A stretch of DNA of 28,918 bases, from the NCBI GenBank assembly GCA_003345595.1, contig PRDI01000002.1, positions 1-28,918 of the forward strand, written 5' to 3'. Each line of letters starts with the position of its first letter. Within the stretch, counting starts at the first letter, position 1. Origin of the DNA: Candidatus Thorarchaeota archaeon (GTDB taxonomy: Archaea > Asgardarchaeota > Thorarchaeia > Thorarchaeales > Thorarchaeaceae). Positions 26,810 through 28,918 of this stretch are shown piece after piece. The notes below the pieces were generated by a model. That model did no database searches. It had not been told where the DNA came from and saw only the letters and a program-made list of their open reading frames with translations. Made by a program: the position numbers and the translations under genes.

Positions 26810-27597
26810 ATTTCGTCCCAGATTGCCCTAAGCTTCCGCCTTTCATCTGGGAAACGACTCTGATCTCTGCACATCATCAGAAAGCGGCCATCATAGGATT
26901 TGTGCTTGAGTTCCCTGAATATCTGCTCGAAGTCGATACTACCTTCGCCTATCGGCAGGTGTTGATCGTACTTGTGGCCGATACTCCTCATTTCCCTCAG
27001 CGGGACTTCTCTCTGGCTCCTGAGTCGTAATACTTCGTCAACCATTGTCTTCCCATTGTTGTCGTGGCAGTTCACCATTGCGACCTTATCGAAGAAGTGC
27101 TCAATCATACCGAGAGATCGGTTTCTTGCCGCAAGTATCTGTGCGTGGCCGATGTCCATTGCCAACCTAATGTCGGGGTCGATGTCAAAGAGCAGTGTTA
27201 ATTCTGTAAAATAGAGTCCAAGAGTTTCGGCAGCCAATATCACGCCCGCCTCACGCGCCGCGTCGCAAGCTGCAGGTATCTCATGTAGAAAAGCCGCAAT
27301 GTCTTCGTCACTGAAGAAGAGAGGCGAGAGCGTCGTGTGGAATGTTACAAGCTCAGCATTGATGTGGGCAGTCATGTCTATGAAGGGCACAATGCCTCGA
27401 GCTACGTCGATTGGCCCCCAGTCTGGACTGTTTGGGAGGTGGACCGTACAACCAACGCCCGCATCTGAGAGCAGCTTCCGGGACTCTGTCAGATTGAGCT
27501 TGCCTGTGAGGTCCATTCTAAGGTCCACGAAGTCTGGCTCGAACTCCAGTGCCTTTCTGACCTGATCTAAGTCACGGGCGTAAGTCCCAATCTGCAT
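26806..27597 (-). CDS. Sugar-phosphate isomerase/epimerase-like TIM barrel (AP_endonuc_2 family)
   Basis: TVHLP, LAAET, DIGHA, CHDN and DQHLPIGEGSIDF motifs. Confidence 0.8.
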   Translation of the reverse strand: MQIGTYARDLDQVRKALEFEPDFVDLRMDLTGKLNLTESRKLLSDAGVGCTVHLPNSPDWGPIDVARGIVPFIDMTAHINAELVTFHTTLSPLFFSDEDIAAFLHEIPAACDAAREAGVILAAETLGLYFTELTLLFDIDPDIRLAMDIGHAQILAARNRSLGMIEHFFDKVAMVNCHDNNGKTMVDEVLRLRSQREVPLREMRSIGHKYDQHLPIGEGSIDFEQIFRELKHKSYDGRFLMMCRDQSRFPDERRKLRAIWDEI

Positions 27598-27773
27598 TTG
27601 AGAGCACCAATCTTGGTTTCGAGAACGCCCGAGTTATTGTACTTTTGGTGAGTCAGGAATGTAGATGCCGCCTGTGAGCTTGTATAGGAATTCAGCCACA
27701 TCCCAAAGGTCGATAGTGTTATTAGTTGCGCGCTATCACGTCAGTCTCAGCTGCCTGTCTGGAGGTTTCTGCG

Positions 27774-28325
27774 CTGCCCGCAATCGCCGACTTCCTCTTC
27801 AAAATCATATTCCTCGGCGAGCCAGCTGTAGGCAAGACAAGTCTGGTGGGGCGCTACGTGTACGATAGCTTCGAGGGAGACTATCTGGCTACAATAGGGA
27901 CTGACATCCATGTCAAGATGATGCAGATTGACGATGTCACAGTCAAACTTGTCATCTGGGACATAGCGGGTCAGGACACTTTTGCCCAGTTGAGAAGAGC
28001 ATACTATCACAACGCATCAGGAGCATTCTTCGTGTTTGACACCACAAGAGTCGACACAATTCGCAGGATTGATGAGTGGATTGGGACTCTCTTTGGCGTC
28101 ACAGGCAAGATACCTCTGGTCTTGGTTGAGAACAAGGTAGATCTGCCAAGTGGCATTACCGACGATGCCAGATCCCAAATAGCTACCAAGTATAAAGTGG
28201 ACATAGTTCCGACTAGTGCAAAGGAAGACACGAATGTCGAAGAGGCGTTCACGAAGATGACCCGAGAAATACTCTCGAAGTCACGAGCTCGGCGTCCTAC
28301 CCAAAAGAGTCTTCGGGCACAATGA
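27774..28325 (+). CDS. Rab-like small GTPase (Ras superfamily)
   Basis: FLFKIIFLGEPAVGKTSL (G1), TIG (G2), WDIAGQ (G3), NKVD (G4) and TSAK (G5). Basic tail with no prenylation Cys. Start is either TTG 27726 or CTG 27774 (after GGAGGT). Confidence 0.92.
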   Translation: MPAIADFLFKIIFLGEPAVGKTSLVGRYVYDSFEGDYLATIGTDIHVKMMQIDDVTVKLVIWDIAGQDTFAQLRRAYYHNASGAFFVFDTTRVDTIRRIDEWIGTLFGVTGKIPLVLVENKVDLPSGITDDARSQIATKYKVDIVPTSAKEDTNVEEAFTKMTREILSKSRARRPTQKSLRAQ

Positions 28326-28349
28326 AAAGGGACCTGAGGATTCTCGTCA

Positions 28350-28631
28350 GTGAATTGGGTCAACGTGAACTTCGTTCATAAGCTGGTCCTCTTGGGTGAC
28401 TGAGGCGTGGGCAATACCTCTCTCGTCGAGAGGTACGTCTATGACAGTCTGAGCCCAGATATGGCACAGACAATAGGTGCGGGTCTCGATGTTAAGGCTA
28501 GATAGCTTGGCTTCATCCAGACCAGCGCTACAGAAAACACTCACGTTGACCAAGCATTCAGAAACCTAGTGTTCTCCATAGGCAAGACCGGTGGGGGTTC
28601 TACTCCGTCCAAACCCCGAACGCGAAGGTGA
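28350..28631 (+). pseudogene. Decayed second Rab-like GTPase with an internal deletion and two in-frame stops
   Basis: Manual translation in one frame: VNWVNVNFVHKLVLLGD*GVGNTSLVERYVYDSLSPDMAQTIGAGLDVKAR*LGFIQTSATENTHVDQAFRNLVFSIGK... G1, G2 and G5 are recognisable, G3 and G4 are missing. Confidence 0.88.
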
Positions 28632-28701
28632 GTCTTGGGCTTTGGTGCTATGCAGGTGCGTACGAGCAACTAAGCCACAGTCGATACACTTCAAGTGAAT
28701 C

Positions 28702-28917
28702 TCAGACCACAGGGTGTTGCTTGATTCTCGCTCTCGCTGGGTCAGCTGCCTTGACGAAGACCAAGCCGGCAACGGTCAAGATGATGGAGGCGACGAAAAA
28801 GGGAAGCAGCCCTATCTGCGTTGGTAATGAACCATTTCCGGGTGCAGGAGTCGCCGATATGTCAGCAAGGAAGCCGAGCAGCAAAGGTCCTGCGAAGAAA
28901 CCTACATCGCTAATCAT
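28702..28917 (-). CDS. C-terminal end of an MFS-type transporter (5' part outside the window)
   Basis: DVGFFAGPLLLGFLAD followed by a final TM helix PFFVASIILTVAGLVFV, typical of MFS TM11-12. Confidence 0.7.
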   Translation of the reverse strand: MISDVGFFAGPLLLGFLADISATPAPGNGSLPTQIGLLPFFVASIILTVAGLVFVKAADPARARIKQHPVV

Positions 28918-28918
28918 G

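Noticed and set aside
28270-28325. Prenylation signal on the Rab-like GTPase
   Set aside because: The tail SRARRPTQKSLRAQ has no cysteine and is only polybasic.
21116-28505. Genome-wide stop-codon recoding (Pyl at TAG, Sec at TGA) suggested by in-frame stops at 21116, 28401 and 28503
   Set aside because: Each stop is accompanied by other damage (a frameshift, a large deletion, a P-loop K->N change). Many intact genes here end naturally at TAG or TGA, and I found no convincing SECIS.
1-28918. tRNA, rRNA, CRISPR arrays, IS elements, integrases and provirus genes
   Set aside because: No cloverleaf, regularly spaced repeats, terminal inverted repeats or transposase/integrase motifs were seen by eye.

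Overview
A gene-dense, moderately GC-rich archaeal chromosomal window. The Rab-like small GTPase (WDIAGQ/NKVD/TSAK), a Sulfolobus-type geranylgeranyl reductase, several orphan zinc-ribbon and coiled-coil/winged-helix proteins and TATA-like promoters point to an Asgard archaeon, probably Thorarchaeia; this is an inference, since no rRNA or marker gene is present. About 28 apparently intact CDSs are supported, including agmatinase, GGR, a lipS2-lplA-lplB lipoylation operon, a KdaD-like dehydratase, a surface-anchored Zn-phospholipase C/P1-type hydrolase, a PadR plus MacB-type ABC transporter operon, oligopeptidase B, an M50-like membrane protease, an M23 peptidase, DUF2769, a GH116 glycosidase and a Rab-like GTPase. 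Two pseudogenes are not visible as such in the ORF track: a ketopantoate-reductase-like gene and a decayed tandem second Rab gene. I found no tRNA, rRNA, CRISPR array or mobile element. The strongest leads are the GBA2-like GH116 with an apparently eukaryote-type N-terminal insert, the Rab relic, a 12-bp-period triple operator at the padR promoter, the PLC-GIFT surface enzyme, the M23 peptidase, and two in-frame amber-separated gene pairs. I cannot demonstrate a single complete novel system from sequence alone. All family assignments come from motif recognition, not database searches.
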